Shown here: positions 20,831-30,554 of the stretch, in pieces | How the letters are laid out: each line of letters opens with the position of its first letter | How positions within the stretch are numbered: position 1 is the first letter of the stretch | Origin: an uncultured Acidobacteriota bacterium | Lineage (GTDB): Bacteria; Acidobacteriota; Vicinamibacteria; Vicinamibacterales; UBA2999 | Assembly (NCBI GenBank): GCA_963734095.1 | Contig: CAVTGK010000040.1 | Span: forward strand, 162,492-226,491 | DNA length: 64,000 nucleotides | Direction: 5' to 3' | Made by a program: the position numbers and the translations under genes | The notes under the pieces: generated by a model | The model's input: only the letters and a program-made list of their open reading frames with translations | Told to the model about the DNA's origin: nothing | The model's database searches: none

Positions 20831-22129
20831 ATGAAGAAACCCATCAAGTCAGCCAAGCTGTTTCAGCGAGCCAAGCAGGTCATTCCCGGCGGCGTCAACT
20901 CGCCAGTACGGGCGTTCAAAGCTGTCGGCGGTTCGCCGCATTTCATCGCGAAGGCTTCGGGCTCGCGAATCACAGACATCGACGGCAACTCGTTCATCGA
21001 CTATGTCGGGTCGTGGGGGCCGATGATCCACGGCCACGCGCCGCGTGGCCTCACCAGCCTACTGGCCCGAGTCGGCCGTTCGGGTACAAGCTTCGGCGCG
21101 CCGAGCCCGCTCGAAGTCGAGCTGGCGGAGCGGGTCCGCAAGCTCGTGCCCTCGATGGAACGCGTGCGCTTCGTCAGCTCGGGCACCGAGGCCACGATGA
21201 GCGCGGCCCGTGTCGCGCGCGCGGCGACGAATCGCGAGAAGATCATCAAGTTCGAGGGCTGCTACCACGGACACGCTGACGCGTTTCTCGTTCGGGCCGG
21301 TTCGGGCGCGCTGACGTTCGGCACACCAACAAGCCCTGGTGTTCCTGCGGGGGCTGTTGCGCCAACACTGCTCGCCAGCTTCAACGACCTCGCCTCGGTC
21401 GAGCAGCTGACCGAAGCAAATGCCGGAGAAATCGCCGCAATCATCGTCGAACCCGTAGCCGGCAACATGGGCACCGTGATCCCCCAACCGGGGTTTCTCG
21501 ACGGTCTCCGGTCGATTTGCGATCGAACGGGCGCGCTACTCATCTTTGACGAGGTGATGACCGGTTTCCGTCTCGCGCCCGGGGGCGCTCAGGCGTTGTT
21601 TGGCGTCCGCCCAGACCTCACGTGCCTCGGCAAGATCGTCGGTGGAGGGTTGCCGGTTGGCGCGTACGGTGGTCGCGCCGACCTCATGGATCTGGTGTCG
21701 CCGGCCGGCCCGGTCTATCAGGCCGGGACGCTCTCAGGGAACCCGCTGGCGATGGCAGCCGGACTATGGTCGCTGAAGCGCCTCACCGCCACGTTGTACC
21801 GGTCGCTCAGCGCGCGCACGTTCCGGCTGGCCTCGGGTCTGGCCGATGCGGCTCGCGATCGAGGAGTCCCGCTGCAGGTCAACGCCCTCGGATCGATGAT
21901 CACACCGTTCTTCACCAGCGAGCGAGTAACTGGATTCAGCACCGCGGTGACAGCTGACACTGCGGCCTTTGGCGTGTTCTTTCGAGCGATGTTGGAGAAC
22001 GGCGTGTATCTCCCACCATCGCAGTTCGAAGCCTGGTTCGTTTCCGCTGCCCACACGACGCGCGACATCGACGAGACGATCAGCGCAGCGCAGAGGGCAT
22101 TCACGAAAGTGCGAAAGGCGAAGTCGTAA
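20831..22129 (+). CDS. hemL: Glutamate-1-semialdehyde 2,1-aminomutase
   Basis: 432 aa. ..IPGGVNSPVRAF..GSWGPMI.GH..FDEVMTGFR.. Confidence 0.9.
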   Translation: MKKPIKSAKLFQRAKQVIPGGVNSPVRAFKAVGGSPHFIAKASGSRITDIDGNSFIDYVGSWGPMIHGHAPRGLTSLLARVGRSGTSFGAPSPLEVELAERVRKLVPSMERVRFVSSGTEATMSAARVARAATNREKIIKFEGCYHGHADAFLVRAGSGALTFGTPTSPGVPAGAVAPTLLASFNDLASVEQLTEANAGEIAAIIVEPVAGNMGTVIPQPGFLDGLRSICDRTGALLIFDEVMTGFRLAPGGAQALFGVRPDLTCLGKIVGGGLPVGAYGGRADLMDLVSPAGPVYQAGTLSGNPLAMAAGLWSLKRLTATLYRSLSARTFRLASGLADAARDRGVPLQVNALGSMITPFFTSERVTGFSTAVTADTAAFGVFFRAMLENGVYLPPSQFEAWFVSAAHTTRDIDETISAAQRAFTKVRKAKS

Positions 22130-22132
22130 CTA

Positions 22133-22298
22133 GGGTTCTTGAAGGAGGTTCTTGACGAAGGTTCTTCACGCAGGTTCGACGGAGGTTCTTCACCGGGGTT
22201 CTGCGAAGGTTCGTGACGGGGTTCTCGCGAGAACCTTCGTCAAGAACCATTGTGGAACCGTCGTGAAGAACCTCCGTCGAGAACCGTCGTTAAGAACC
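22133..22298. repeat. 166-bp palindrome built of 11-14-nt GGTTCTTSA words between convergent genes
   Basis: 8 left units containing GGTTCT/GGTTCG and 6 right units containing AGAACC/GGAACC. Symmetry centre is ctcgcgag at about 22228. Confidence 0.85.
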
Positions 22299-22305
22299 AA
22301 AACAC

Positions 22306-23181
22306 TCATCTCGTATTCCGAATCACCAGCTCCTGATCGAGCCGCATGCGGAGTACCGCCCCCGGCGGCAACTCGACGTTCTCGCCCTCAGTCGCAGCGA
22401 CGACGCCGCCACCACCAATGAGGATGCCGGCCAGCGCACCCTTCAGACCACCAAGAATGCCGCCGATGATCCCGCCCACGGCCGCTCCAGTCCCGATCTT
22501 GCCGGCATCTTCACGGTAGCCACCGGCTTCGAGCGCCTCGGTAACCGTGCCGCGAATCGGATAGTTGCGGCCGCCCACGGTGATTTGATCGAAGCTGAGC
22601 GCGAGCCGTCCCTTCCGATTCACGCGACCGGCATCGTCCACGGCCGTGACGACGCCACGAACCACCGAGCCGGCAGGGATGATCACGCGCCCATCCTCTC
22701 GAAGATCGACGATGGTCGTCGCTTCGAAGCGATCCTCTACCTGACTCGTGTCGGAGCTCAGCGCTGTCTGCAGCCGAACGTCGATCTCGGTCCCGGTCGG
22801 CACTGTTCCAGATGACGCCGGCGAGGATCCGTTCCCGACGCTGTAGCGTCCCGCTGACCCTTCGTTACCGGACACGCGGTTGCGAAGATCCTCGAGCCGG
22901 TCGCGCACATCGACATAGTGCGCGCGTGGCACCGAACGCTCACGACGGAAGCGAACCTTGAGATACGTGATTTCATCTTCGAGCTCGGTGAGCTCCGCCT
23001 CGTATGTGCGGGCAGCAGTCCGGTCACGCGATCTCAGATTCACAATGTCGTCGCCAATCTGATCCGCGGTCTGCTCGAGTCGCTGCACGTCGCTCGTGGT
23101 CATCTCTTGCGCCGCGGCGGACGTCGCGAGGAGCGCGACCGCGGCGCCCGCGACGAGCAGGGAACGAACACTGCGAGTCAT
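22306..23181 (-). CDS. Secreted hypothetical protein with C-terminal glycine-zipper segment
   Basis: 291 aa. Signal peptide (..LLATSAAAQE), a coiled-coil-like acidic region, then GAAVGGIIGGILGGLKGALAGILIGGGG. No family recognised. Confidence 0.55.
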   Translation of the reverse strand: MTRSVRSLLVAGAAVALLATSAAAQEMTTSDVQRLEQTADQIGDDIVNLRSRDRTAARTYEAELTELEDEITYLKVRFRRERSVPRAHYVDVRDRLEDLRNRVSGNEGSAGRYSVGNGSSPASSGTVPTGTEIDVRLQTALSSDTSQVEDRFEATTIVDLREDGRVIIPAGSVVRGVVTAVDDAGRVNRKGRLALSFDQITVGGRNYPIRGTVTEALEAGGYREDAGKIGTGAAVGGIIGGILGGLKGALAGILIGGGGVVAATEGENVELPPGAVLRMRLDQELVIRNTR

Positions 23182-23337
23182 GGGTTTCTCCTTCTCAAGC
23201 GGCCTCGACTGTCCGAGCGGGAGGCCATCCGGCTCTCACGAGATGAGGACGTTGGTCAGAATTCCGGGCAAACCTGGGGTGCCCAAGCAGGAGGGTGCAA
23301 GATGCGATCCGGGAGTTGGCGAAGCTCAGCCGAGCTT

Positions 23338-24657
23338 CTAGTTGCGCCAGGGCATCAGGCGCTCGATCCAGCTAATGCGAGTCAGATCGTTGTAGATGAC
23401 CGTCACCATGAGCGCCATCAGCGCGACGAAGCCGGCGAGAAACATTTTCTCTTTCGCCTGGATGCTGAAGTCGCGACGCGCGACGGTTTCGAGCGCCATG
23501 ATGAGAATGTGACCGCCGTCGAGCACCGGAACCGGCATCAGGTTCAGGAGCCCGAGGTTGAGGCTGATCGTCGCCATCAATGCGATGAGCGCCACCCAGC
23601 CAGCCTCGGCGGACTCGCCCGAGAGCTGCGCCATGCCGACCGGACCCATCAGCTGCCTGGGCGAGGTCTCGCCGACCAGCAAGCCCCACAGCGTCTTGAG
23701 GATGAGTCCTGAGAATTCGATGTTGCGCTGCACGCTCAACCCAAAGGCCTCGAGCACGCCCGGCCTGAACGTCCGTGTTTCGTTCGCCAGCCCAACGCCC
23801 ACTCGCCCGGCGTCGTTCTCGCGTCGTGGGGTCACGGTGACAACCTTCTCCTCGCCGCCGCGCCGCACCCGGAATTCAATCGGCTTCTCGGGGCTCGCGG
23901 AAACGATCTCCACGACGTCGCGGGTGAAGACCATTCGCTGATTGTTGATGGACAGGATGATGTCGCCTGCTCTCAGGCCCCCAGCCTGGGCCTCCTCGCC
24001 ATCGACGACATAGCTCACCGAGGGGTACACGTCGGGCAGCACGCCGATGTCGCCGACCGCGAACCGCCCCTCACTCGCGGCGCGCATCGTCACGACTTCC
24101 TGCCGTCCGTCGCGAACGACGGTCAGCCGCACATCACGGTTGGCGCGCATGCCGATGTTGAGCGAAAAGCGGTCCCAGTTCGGGACGTCCTCGTCATTCA
24201 CACGAACGATGAGATCACCTGGTCGAATGCCCGCACCCTCGGCTGGCGAATTCGCTTCGACCCGTCCCACCACAACGGGTTTGTCCTCGAAGGAAGGAAC
24301 CTCGGCCCCCTGTAGCAGAACGACCGCCAGCAGCACGACCGCCAAGGCCAGATTCATCAGTGGGCCCATGATCAGAATCTGGAACCGCTGCCATTTCGTC
24401 TTCGACAGGAACTCATCGTCTGCGCCCGTGACCTGATCGTCGGGATTCTCGCCCGCCATCTTCACGTAGCCACCGAGGGGGAACGCGCTGAGGCAATACT
24501 CCGTGTCGCCGCGCCGTACGCCGAGGAGCTTCGGCCCAAACCCCAGCGAGAACGTCAGGACGCGCACGCCGTGCCAGCGCGCCATCATGAAGTGGCCGAG
24601 TTCGTGGACGAAAACCAGAACGCCGAGAACAAAAGCAAAGGCCAGAATCGTAGTCAC
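23338..24657 (-). CDS. rseP: RIP (site-2) zinc metalloprotease RseP
   Basis: 439 aa. HELGH motif at the N-terminus, PDZ region, C-terminal NLLPVPVLDGG-like motif (NLMPVPVLDGG). Confidence 0.9.
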   Translation of the reverse strand: MTTILAFAFVLGVLVFVHELGHFMMARWHGVRVLTFSLGFGPKLLGVRRGDTEYCLSAFPLGGYVKMAGENPDDQVTGADDEFLSKTKWQRFQILIMGPLMNLALAVVLLAVVLLQGAEVPSFEDKPVVVGRVEANSPAEGAGIRPGDLIVRVNDEDVPNWDRFSLNIGMRANRDVRLTVVRDGRQEVVTMRAASEGRFAVGDIGVLPDVYPSVSYVVDGEEAQAGGLRAGDIILSINNQRMVFTRDVVEIVSASPEKPIEFRVRRGGEEKVVTVTPRRENDAGRVGVGLANETRTFRPGVLEAFGLSVQRNIEFSGLILKTLWGLLVGETSPRQLMGPVGMAQLSGESAEAGWVALIALMATISLNLGLLNLMPVPVLDGGHILIMALETVARRDFSIQAKEKMFLAGFVALMALMVTVIYNDLTRISWIERLMPWRN

Positions 24658-24736
24658 TAGGTCAATCCTCGAGACAACCGAACCGTCCCCTGGGGCGCGA
24701 TGACGCCATCAAGTCAGCGCCCCGGGCTCTTCGATT

Positions 24737-25948
24737 TTACCGTGCGGTCGCCGACGGCTCGCCGGCTCGTCCCTCACTCGACGCCACGAGCGTGCTCGCG
24801 TAATCGCGAGCCCACCGATCCACCTCCCGAATGGCGTCGAGCGTCTGGGCCGGGGCCGGATGGTGCGCATTCATCGTACTCTCGATGACGCGTGCAATGC
24901 CTGGGAAGCTCAACCGGCCCTGTAGAAAAGACGACACAGCGACCTCATTGGCCGCATTCAGCACGATTGGCAGGCTGCGTTCGGCTTCAAGCGCCCGATA
25001 GGCCAGCCGGAGGCAGGGGAAATCGTCCCAGGCCGGTTCGTGAAATTCGAGCGGTGCACACTTCGTCAGGTCGAGGACCGGCACTGGCGCGTCCCACCGC
25101 TGCGGATACGAAAACGCGTACTGAATTGGGAGCCGCATGTCCGTCGTGCCGATCTGGGCAATCACCGATCCGTCGGTCAGCTCGACCATCGAGTGAACGA
25201 TCGACTGCGGGTGAACGACGACACGAATTCTCGAGGCGGGCGCACCAAACAACCAGTGCGCTTCGATGACCTCGAGACCCTTGTTCATGAGCGTGGCGGA
25301 ATCGATCGTGATCTTTGGTCCCATCTGCCAGGTGGGATGCCTGAGCGCTTCGTCCGCTGTGACACGCTCGAGGCTCCCGGACGACCGGCCGCGAAACGGT
25401 CCGCCCGAAGCAGTGAGAATCAAGCGACGCAGCTCGCCGGACGCACGGCCGTGCAGACACTGATGAATCGCGTTGTGCTCGCTGTCGACGGGCAAGATGT
25501 CAATCCCGCGTGCGCGCGCGCGATCCATTACAAGGCCCCCGGCCATCACCAACACTTCCTTGTTCGCGAGCGCGATGGCTTTGCCGGCGTCGATTGCGCC
25601 CAACACCGCTTCGAGTGCCGCGGTGCCGGACGAGGCACAGAGGACCAGATCGACGGCGGGATGGGTGGCAACGGCGATCAGCCCTTCGCCGCCTGTCCCA
25701 TGACATTCGGGCAACGACTGGCCGAGGAGTGAGCGGAGTTCGTCGAACGCGCGTCCGGAGGCCATCGCGACGGCTCGCGGACGATAGCGCTGGACCTGGG
25801 CGGCGAGTCCGACCGCGTTCTCGCCCGCCGCCAGGCCGACCACTTCGACGCGCTCGGCATGAGCATCCGCGACTGCCAGCGCGCTCGTGCCGATGGATCC
25901 GGTCGATCCAAGAATTGCAATCCGTTTCTTCACGGATGATGTCGTCAA
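24737..25948 (-). CDS. dxr: 1-deoxy-D-xylulose-5-phosphate reductoisomerase
   Basis: 403 aa. ..IAILGSTGSIGTS..NKE..VDSEH.AI.Q.. Confidence 0.9.
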   Translation of the reverse strand: MTTSSVKKRIAILGSTGSIGTSALAVADAHAERVEVVGLAAGENAVGLAAQVQRYRPRAVAMASGRAFDELRSLLGQSLPECHGTGGEGLIAVATHPAVDLVLCASSGTAALEAVLGAIDAGKAIALANKEVLVMAGGLVMDRARARGIDILPVDSEHNAIHQCLHGRASGELRRLILTASGGPFRGRSSGSLERVTADEALRHPTWQMGPKITIDSATLMNKGLEVIEAHWLFGAPASRIRVVVHPQSIVHSMVELTDGSVIAQIGTTDMRLPIQYAFSYPQRWDAPVPVLDLTKCAPLEFHEPAWDDFPCLRLAYRALEAERSLPIVLNAANEVAVSSFLQGRLSFPGIARVIESTMNAHHPAPAQTLDAIREVDRWARDYASTLVASSEGRAGEPSATAR

Positions 25949-26769
25949 ATCGTGTAGACCCAGCGCACGTACAGGTAGAACACGGGCGTCGCAAAAAGCA
26001 GCGCGTCGATCCGATCCAGCACCCCTCCGTGTCCGGGAATCAGCGATGAGCTGTCCTTGAAGCCAGCCGCGCGCTTGAGCATGGATTCGAAGAGATCGCC
26101 GACAATCCCGGCCGCGACGAGCACGATTCCCAGTAACGCGATCATCAACGGTCGTGCGACGGGAATCAACTGAGGACCAGCATAGTAAAGAAACATGGGT
26201 GCGGCGACGAATCCGCCCGCTGCTCCCTCAATCGTCTTTTTCGGGCTCAGTCGAGGTGCGAGCGGGCGCCGCCCCATCAGCCGCCCGACATAGTACTGCG
26301 CGGTATCGCTCACCACGATCGTGGCGATCAGCAGCAATACCGCATTGCGCCCTCCATAGATGTGGATCCCGACCAGGGCGCCAAGCGGTAACCCGAGATA
26401 CAAGATCGACAAGGCTCCGGCCGCTGATCCCCGAACGGCAGTTTGAAAGAGATGGCCACCGTCGTCACTGCTCGTCGAACCTCGCGGCGTCCGGACCATC
26501 GCCGAGAGCGCAATCACCAGCACGCCAATGCCGACGACCGCTTCCCAGGCTACATGGGGGAAGGGCACCGTCACCAGCGTTGCGAGCGTGGCGATGACCG
26601 TTGACGCCTCGGGGAGGTCGGCTCCAACCGCGCGCATCAATCGCGCGTACTCGTGACACGCCAGTACGCTGACGACGATTGCCACAACCAGCAACGTCGT
26701 CGCGTTGCTGAACCAGACTAGAGCGAAAAACACAGCGCCAAGGACAACGCCGCTCAGGACACGAGTCAT
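25945..26769 (-). CDS. cdsA: Phosphatidate cytidylyltransferase
   Basis: 274 aa with the C-terminal signature SMLKRAAGFKDSSSLIPGHGGVLDRID. Confidence 0.9.
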   Translation of the reverse strand: MTRVLSGVVLGAVFFALVWFSNATTLLVVAIVVSVLACHEYARLMRAVGADLPEASTVIATLATLVTVPFPHVAWEAVVGIGVLVIALSAMVRTPRGSTSSDDGGHLFQTAVRGSAAGALSILYLGLPLGALVGIHIYGGRNAVLLLIATIVVSDTAQYYVGRLMGRRPLAPRLSPKKTIEGAAGGFVAAPMFLYYAGPQLIPVARPLMIALLGIVLVAAGIVGDLFESMLKRAAGFKDSSSLIPGHGGVLDRIDALLFATPVFYLYVRWVYTI

Positions 26770-26771
26770 TG

Positions 26772-26822
26772 GGTGATTGGGTGAGTGGGTGAGTGAATCA
26801 CCTAATCACCCATTCATCCAAT
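26772..26822. repeat. Word hairpin (GGGTGATT / AATCACCC) between uppS and cdsA
   Basis: ttgggtgattgggtgagtgggtgagtgaatcacctaatcaccc. Covers the uppS stop and ends 2 nt from the cdsA ATG. Confidence 0.75.
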
Positions 26823-27589
26823 TTCGTAGCGACCCCACCGAAGCGCCGGTCGCGCTTTTGGTAGGCAAGGACAGCCTCGAGCAGGTGTCGGCATCGGAAG
26901 TCGGGCCAGAAGGTGTCCGTCACCCAGATCTCGGCGTAGGCTATCTGCCACAGCAAGAAGTTGCTGACGCGCATCTCGCCGCTCGTACGAATCAGAAGAT
27001 CCGGATCGGGCTGGCCATTCGTGTAGAGCAATTCGGCGAACCGTCGCTCGTCCAGTGCGTCGGCGCTGAGTCCGGATTCGATCGCCCGCCGGGCTGCGTC
27101 CACGATTTCCGTGCGTCCGCCGTAGTTGAGCGCGATGTTGAAGAGCATGCCGGCATTGCGTGCCGTCTTCTCTTCGGCCGCGCGCAACTCCTGAAGAATA
27201 TCGGCGGCGAGCTCGTCGGACCGGCCGATGACATTGAAGCGGATGTCGTTCGTGAGCAGCGTGGACAGCTCCGAGCGGAGGTACCGCTTCAGGAGCATCA
27301 TCAACGTGCTGACCTCAGCGGCGGGACGCTTCCAGTTTTCGACGGAGAATGCGTACAGCGTCAGCACTTCGAGGCCAAGACGCGCCGACGTCTCGACCAC
27401 TGCCCGAACCGCCTCAATCCCGGCGCGATGCCCCTCGACCCGCGGCAGGTGCCGCTGTCCCGCCCATCGTCCGTTGCCATCCATGATGATGGCGACGTGG
27501 CGAGGGAGGCGGTCAGGGTCGATCTGCTGCGCGAGATCCGCCTCCGCGCTGCCAGGCGGAACCCATTCGATCAGGCGATCCAGACTCAT
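26798..27589 (-). CDS. uppS: Isoprenyl transferase (undecaprenyl-diphosphate synthase)
   Basis: 263 aa. ..HVAIIMDGNGRWA..FSVENWKRP.. Confidence 0.9.
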   Translation of the reverse strand: MSLDRLIEWVPPGSAEADLAQQIDPDRLPRHVAIIMDGNGRWAGQRHLPRVEGHRAGIEAVRAVVETSARLGLEVLTLYAFSVENWKRPAAEVSTLMMLLKRYLRSELSTLLTNDIRFNVIGRSDELAADILQELRAAEEKTARNAGMLFNIALNYGGRTEIVDAARRAIESGLSADALDERRFAELLYTNGQPDPDLLIRTSGEMRVSNFLLWQIAYAEIWVTDTFWPDFRCRHLLEAVLAYQKRDRRFGGVATKLDEWVIR

Positions 27590-27613
27590 GGACAGAAGCC
27601 AATGGTACTACGG

Positions 27614-27776
27614 GGTCTGGTGAGGCGGGTGGGTCGGGTCAGGTCGGGTCTGGAGGACCCGGTGAGGCTGGTCGCATCATGAAAAGGAAAGGCCGGAGGA
27701 TTCCTCCGGCCTTCAGACCGGCGAGCCTACCAGCCTGCCCACCAGCCTTACCCGCCCTACCAGACTTACTCGCCCG
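27614..27776. repeat. Compound word hairpin (GGTCGGGT / GGTGAGGC words) enclosing a perfect terminator hairpin
   Basis: Left arm ggtctggtgaggcgggtgggtcgggtcaggtcgggtctgg.. Right arm ..cctaccagcctgcccaccagccttacccgccctaccagac. Confidence 0.7.
27681..27711 (-). terminator. Rho-independent terminator (GGCCGGAGGA/TCCTCCGGCC followed by TTTCCTTTTC on the minus strand)
   Basis: Read directly. Lies downstream of the NHL-like gene. Confidence 0.7.
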
Positions 27777-29007
27777 TCTTCGTCGGCCACGGAACGCCCT
27801 GCTGCGCGCGGACCCATGCCCTTGAACACGAACTTCTGCAGGCGCTTGCCGGTGTAGGTCTCCGTCGTGTAGATGTTGCCCTTCGAGTCGACGGCAATGC
27901 TGTGCACGCCTCGGAACTGCCCGGGCTGGCGGCCGCCGGTGCCGAACTGCGAGACGATCTCGAGCGAGTTGCGATCGACGATGTAGACGTGCTCGTTGGC
28001 GCCGTCGGCCACGTAGAGGTAGCTGCTGCTTGCGGGTCGCGAGAAAACGCGACGTCCCACACCGAACCATCGGACAACGTCTCTGGGAACAGCTGCTTTT
28101 CCTTGACGAACTTTCCTTCCTTCGTGAAGACCTGGATGCGATCGTTCGGGCGGTCGCACACGTACACGAAGCCGTCGTTGGAGAGCTCGGCGCAGTGCAC
28201 CGGCGTGCGGAACTGCTGCGCGAGCGGCTCCTTCGGATCGTAGCGGCCGAGCGGCGCGTCGTCCGGCTTGTTGCCGTACGCGCCCCAGTAGCGCTTGATC
28301 TTGCCCGAGTCCATGTCGATCACGGCCACGCGCTTGTTGAAGTAGCCGTCCGACACGTACGCCTCGTTGGCCTTCGGGTCGATGAAGACCTTGGCGACGC
28401 GGCCGAAGTTGTCCATGTCGTTACTGTTGGCCACGGGCTTGCCGTCCACCATGCGCGCACCCTTCTTGCCGAACATCCCGACGAACTTGCCCTCGCGCGT
28501 GAACTTCAGGATGTGCGCGTCGGGACCGCCGTTGCCGCCAATCCACACGTTGCCCTTGTGGTCCACGACGATGCCGTGGTTCGAGTCCGGCCAGTCGGGA
28601 TGAAGCGTCGGCCCGCCCCAGCTGTGCACGACGTTGCCGGCCTGATCGAAGGCGACGACCGGCGGCGCCGGATCGCAGCATTCGCTCACCGAGTGGTGCC
28701 GGGCGCGTAGTAGACCTTCGGGTTGGCTGACGGAGTCGCGAACTCCGTGCCGTCGAGGTTGGCCGGGTCGTTCCCCCGGTGGATGATCCAGACTTGGTCC
28801 TTCTCGTCGATACCCAGGCCGATGGTCTGCGCCGAACACCCAGTTGTTCGGCATCGTCTTCGGCCAGAACGGGATCGACTTCGAAAATCGGCACCTGCGC
28901 CGCTCTTGGCCTGCGCCTGCGGCCGTCTGTTCGAGGGCGCGTTCGGTGACCACCAATCCAACGATGGCCACGACGAACGTCGCGCCAATCAGGAGATTCC
29001 GCTTCAC
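27766..29007 (-). pseudogene. NHL-repeat / PAL-like six-bladed beta-propeller protein; about 6 frame changes
   Basis: Homologous segments alternate between frames: VPIFEVDP / FWPKTMPNNWVFG / QTIGLGIDEKDQVWIIHRGNDPANLDGTEF.. / CCDPAPPVVAFDQAGN..VWDVAFSRDPQ / LYVADGANEHVYIVDRNSLEIV..KFVFKGMGP / ..QQGVPWPTKTGE*. Confidence 0.75.
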
Positions 29008-29031
29008 GGCTCCGTCCTTTCTCTTCAGTCA

Positions 29032-29115
29032 GAGTTCCACGGTTCCAGGTTCCAGGGTTCCGGGTTTTCGCCGCACGCCGCAGCCTTGCTGAACCTTGGA
29101 ACTTTGGAACCTTGG
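29032..29115. repeat. Word hairpin (GGTTCC / GGAACC words)
   Basis: gagttccacggttccaggttccagggttccgggtt-loop-gaaccttggaactttggaaccttgg. Confidence 0.85.
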
Positions 29116-29187
29116 CCGTTGACCTGACGGGCGCCAGTATATTCGCAAGGGCGCGAGGCGGGAAGATAAAATCCCGGAATCGAACAC

Positions 29188-30554
29188 ATGCCTTGCCGCG
29201 TAGTCATCGCCCTGGTCGTCCTCCTGACGGTTGCGGACCATCGGCCTCAATTCCCACGAGATCCCGAACGAAGTCACGGTTCAGACCTTCCTGAAGCCGG
29301 AGGGTCAGCGCCTGATGTTCCTGGTTCGCGCGCCGATGAAGGCCATGAGGGACATGGACGTTCCGCGGCGGGGCGGCGCGTATCCAGGCTACATCGACCT
29401 GTCGCGCATCGACCCCGTGCTGCGCGACGCCGCGACACAGTGGATTGCGCGACTTCGTCAAGCTCTACGAAGACGACCGTCAGCTTCCCTATCCGGAGGT
29501 CCTTGCGGCCCGCATCTCGTTGCCGTCCGATCGATCGTTCGAGTCGTACGACCAGGCGCTGGCGAACATCAATGGTCCGCCGCTGCCGGTCGAAACCGAC
29601 CTCGTCTGGGAAGAAGGCCTTCTGGATGTGGCCTTCGCGTTTCCTATTCAGTCCGACCAATCGCAGTTCTCCATCAGCTCGGGTCTCACGCGGCTCGGAG
29701 TCCGCGTGAACGTCGTGCTCCGGTTCCTGCCGCCCGGAGGGGCCGAGCGTGCGTTCGACGTCCACGGCGATCCCGGGATTGTCCGGCTGGATCCTCGATG
29801 GCACCAGGCGGCTTTGCGCTTCGTCGAGGACGGCTTCTTTCACATCCTCGACGGCATCGATCATCTCCTCTTCCTGCTCTGCCTGGTCATTCCGTTCCGT
29901 CGCTTCCGCTCGCTGCTCGTCGTCGTCACCTCGTTCACGATCGCGCATTCGGTCACGCTGATCGCGTCCGCGTACGACCTGGCGCCGACGTCGCTGTGGT
30001 TCCCGCCGCTGGTGGAAACCCTGATTGCGGTTTCGATCGTCTACATGGCGTTCGAGAACATCCTGTACGCCGTGCGCGAACGTCAGTCGGCCGATGTGGA
30101 CCAGCGCGCGCTCGAGCGTCGATGGGCGGTCGCGTTCGGCTTCGGGCTGATTCACGGCTTTGGGTTTTCGTTCGCGCTTCGAGAATCGTTGCAGTTCGCC
30201 GGCTCGCACCTGCTGACGTCGCTCGTCTCGTTCAACGTGGGAGTCGAGCTTGGGCAGTTGCTCGTGCTGGTGGTGCTGATCCCGACCCTCAACCTGGTGT
30301 TTCGCTACGTGCTGGCTGAGCGAATCGGAACGATTCTGCTGTCAGCACTGGTCGCGCATACCGGATGGCACTGGGCGACCGAGCGGGGCGCGCAGCTTTT
30401 GCAGTTTCCGGTGCCGGCTTTCAACGTCGCCGGGCTGACCACCGCGATTCGGCTTCTGCTGCTGATGGTCGTGGCGGCCTTCCTCGTCTGGATTCTGTTC
30501 GGCGTCGTTCGGCGGCCAGCGCCTCGACGTCAGCAAGGCGAAGCGCGTCAGTAG
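29188..30554 (+). pseudogene. HupE/UreJ-family membrane protein; two frame disruptions (about 29240 and about 29450)
   Basis: Signal peptide frame from 29188 (MPCRVVIALVVLLTVA). Then the frame of ORF 29231 (HEIPNEVTVQTFLKPEG..). Then ORF 29445..30554 (..FFHILDGIDHLLFLL..TIAHSVTL..GLIHGFGF..). Confidence 0.75.

Noticed and set aside
29116-29150. Promoter TTGACC ... TATATT upstream of the HupE/UreJ gene
   Set aside because: The hexamers are good, but the spacer is only 13-14 nt, outside the usual 16-18 nt. Not reported as a feature.
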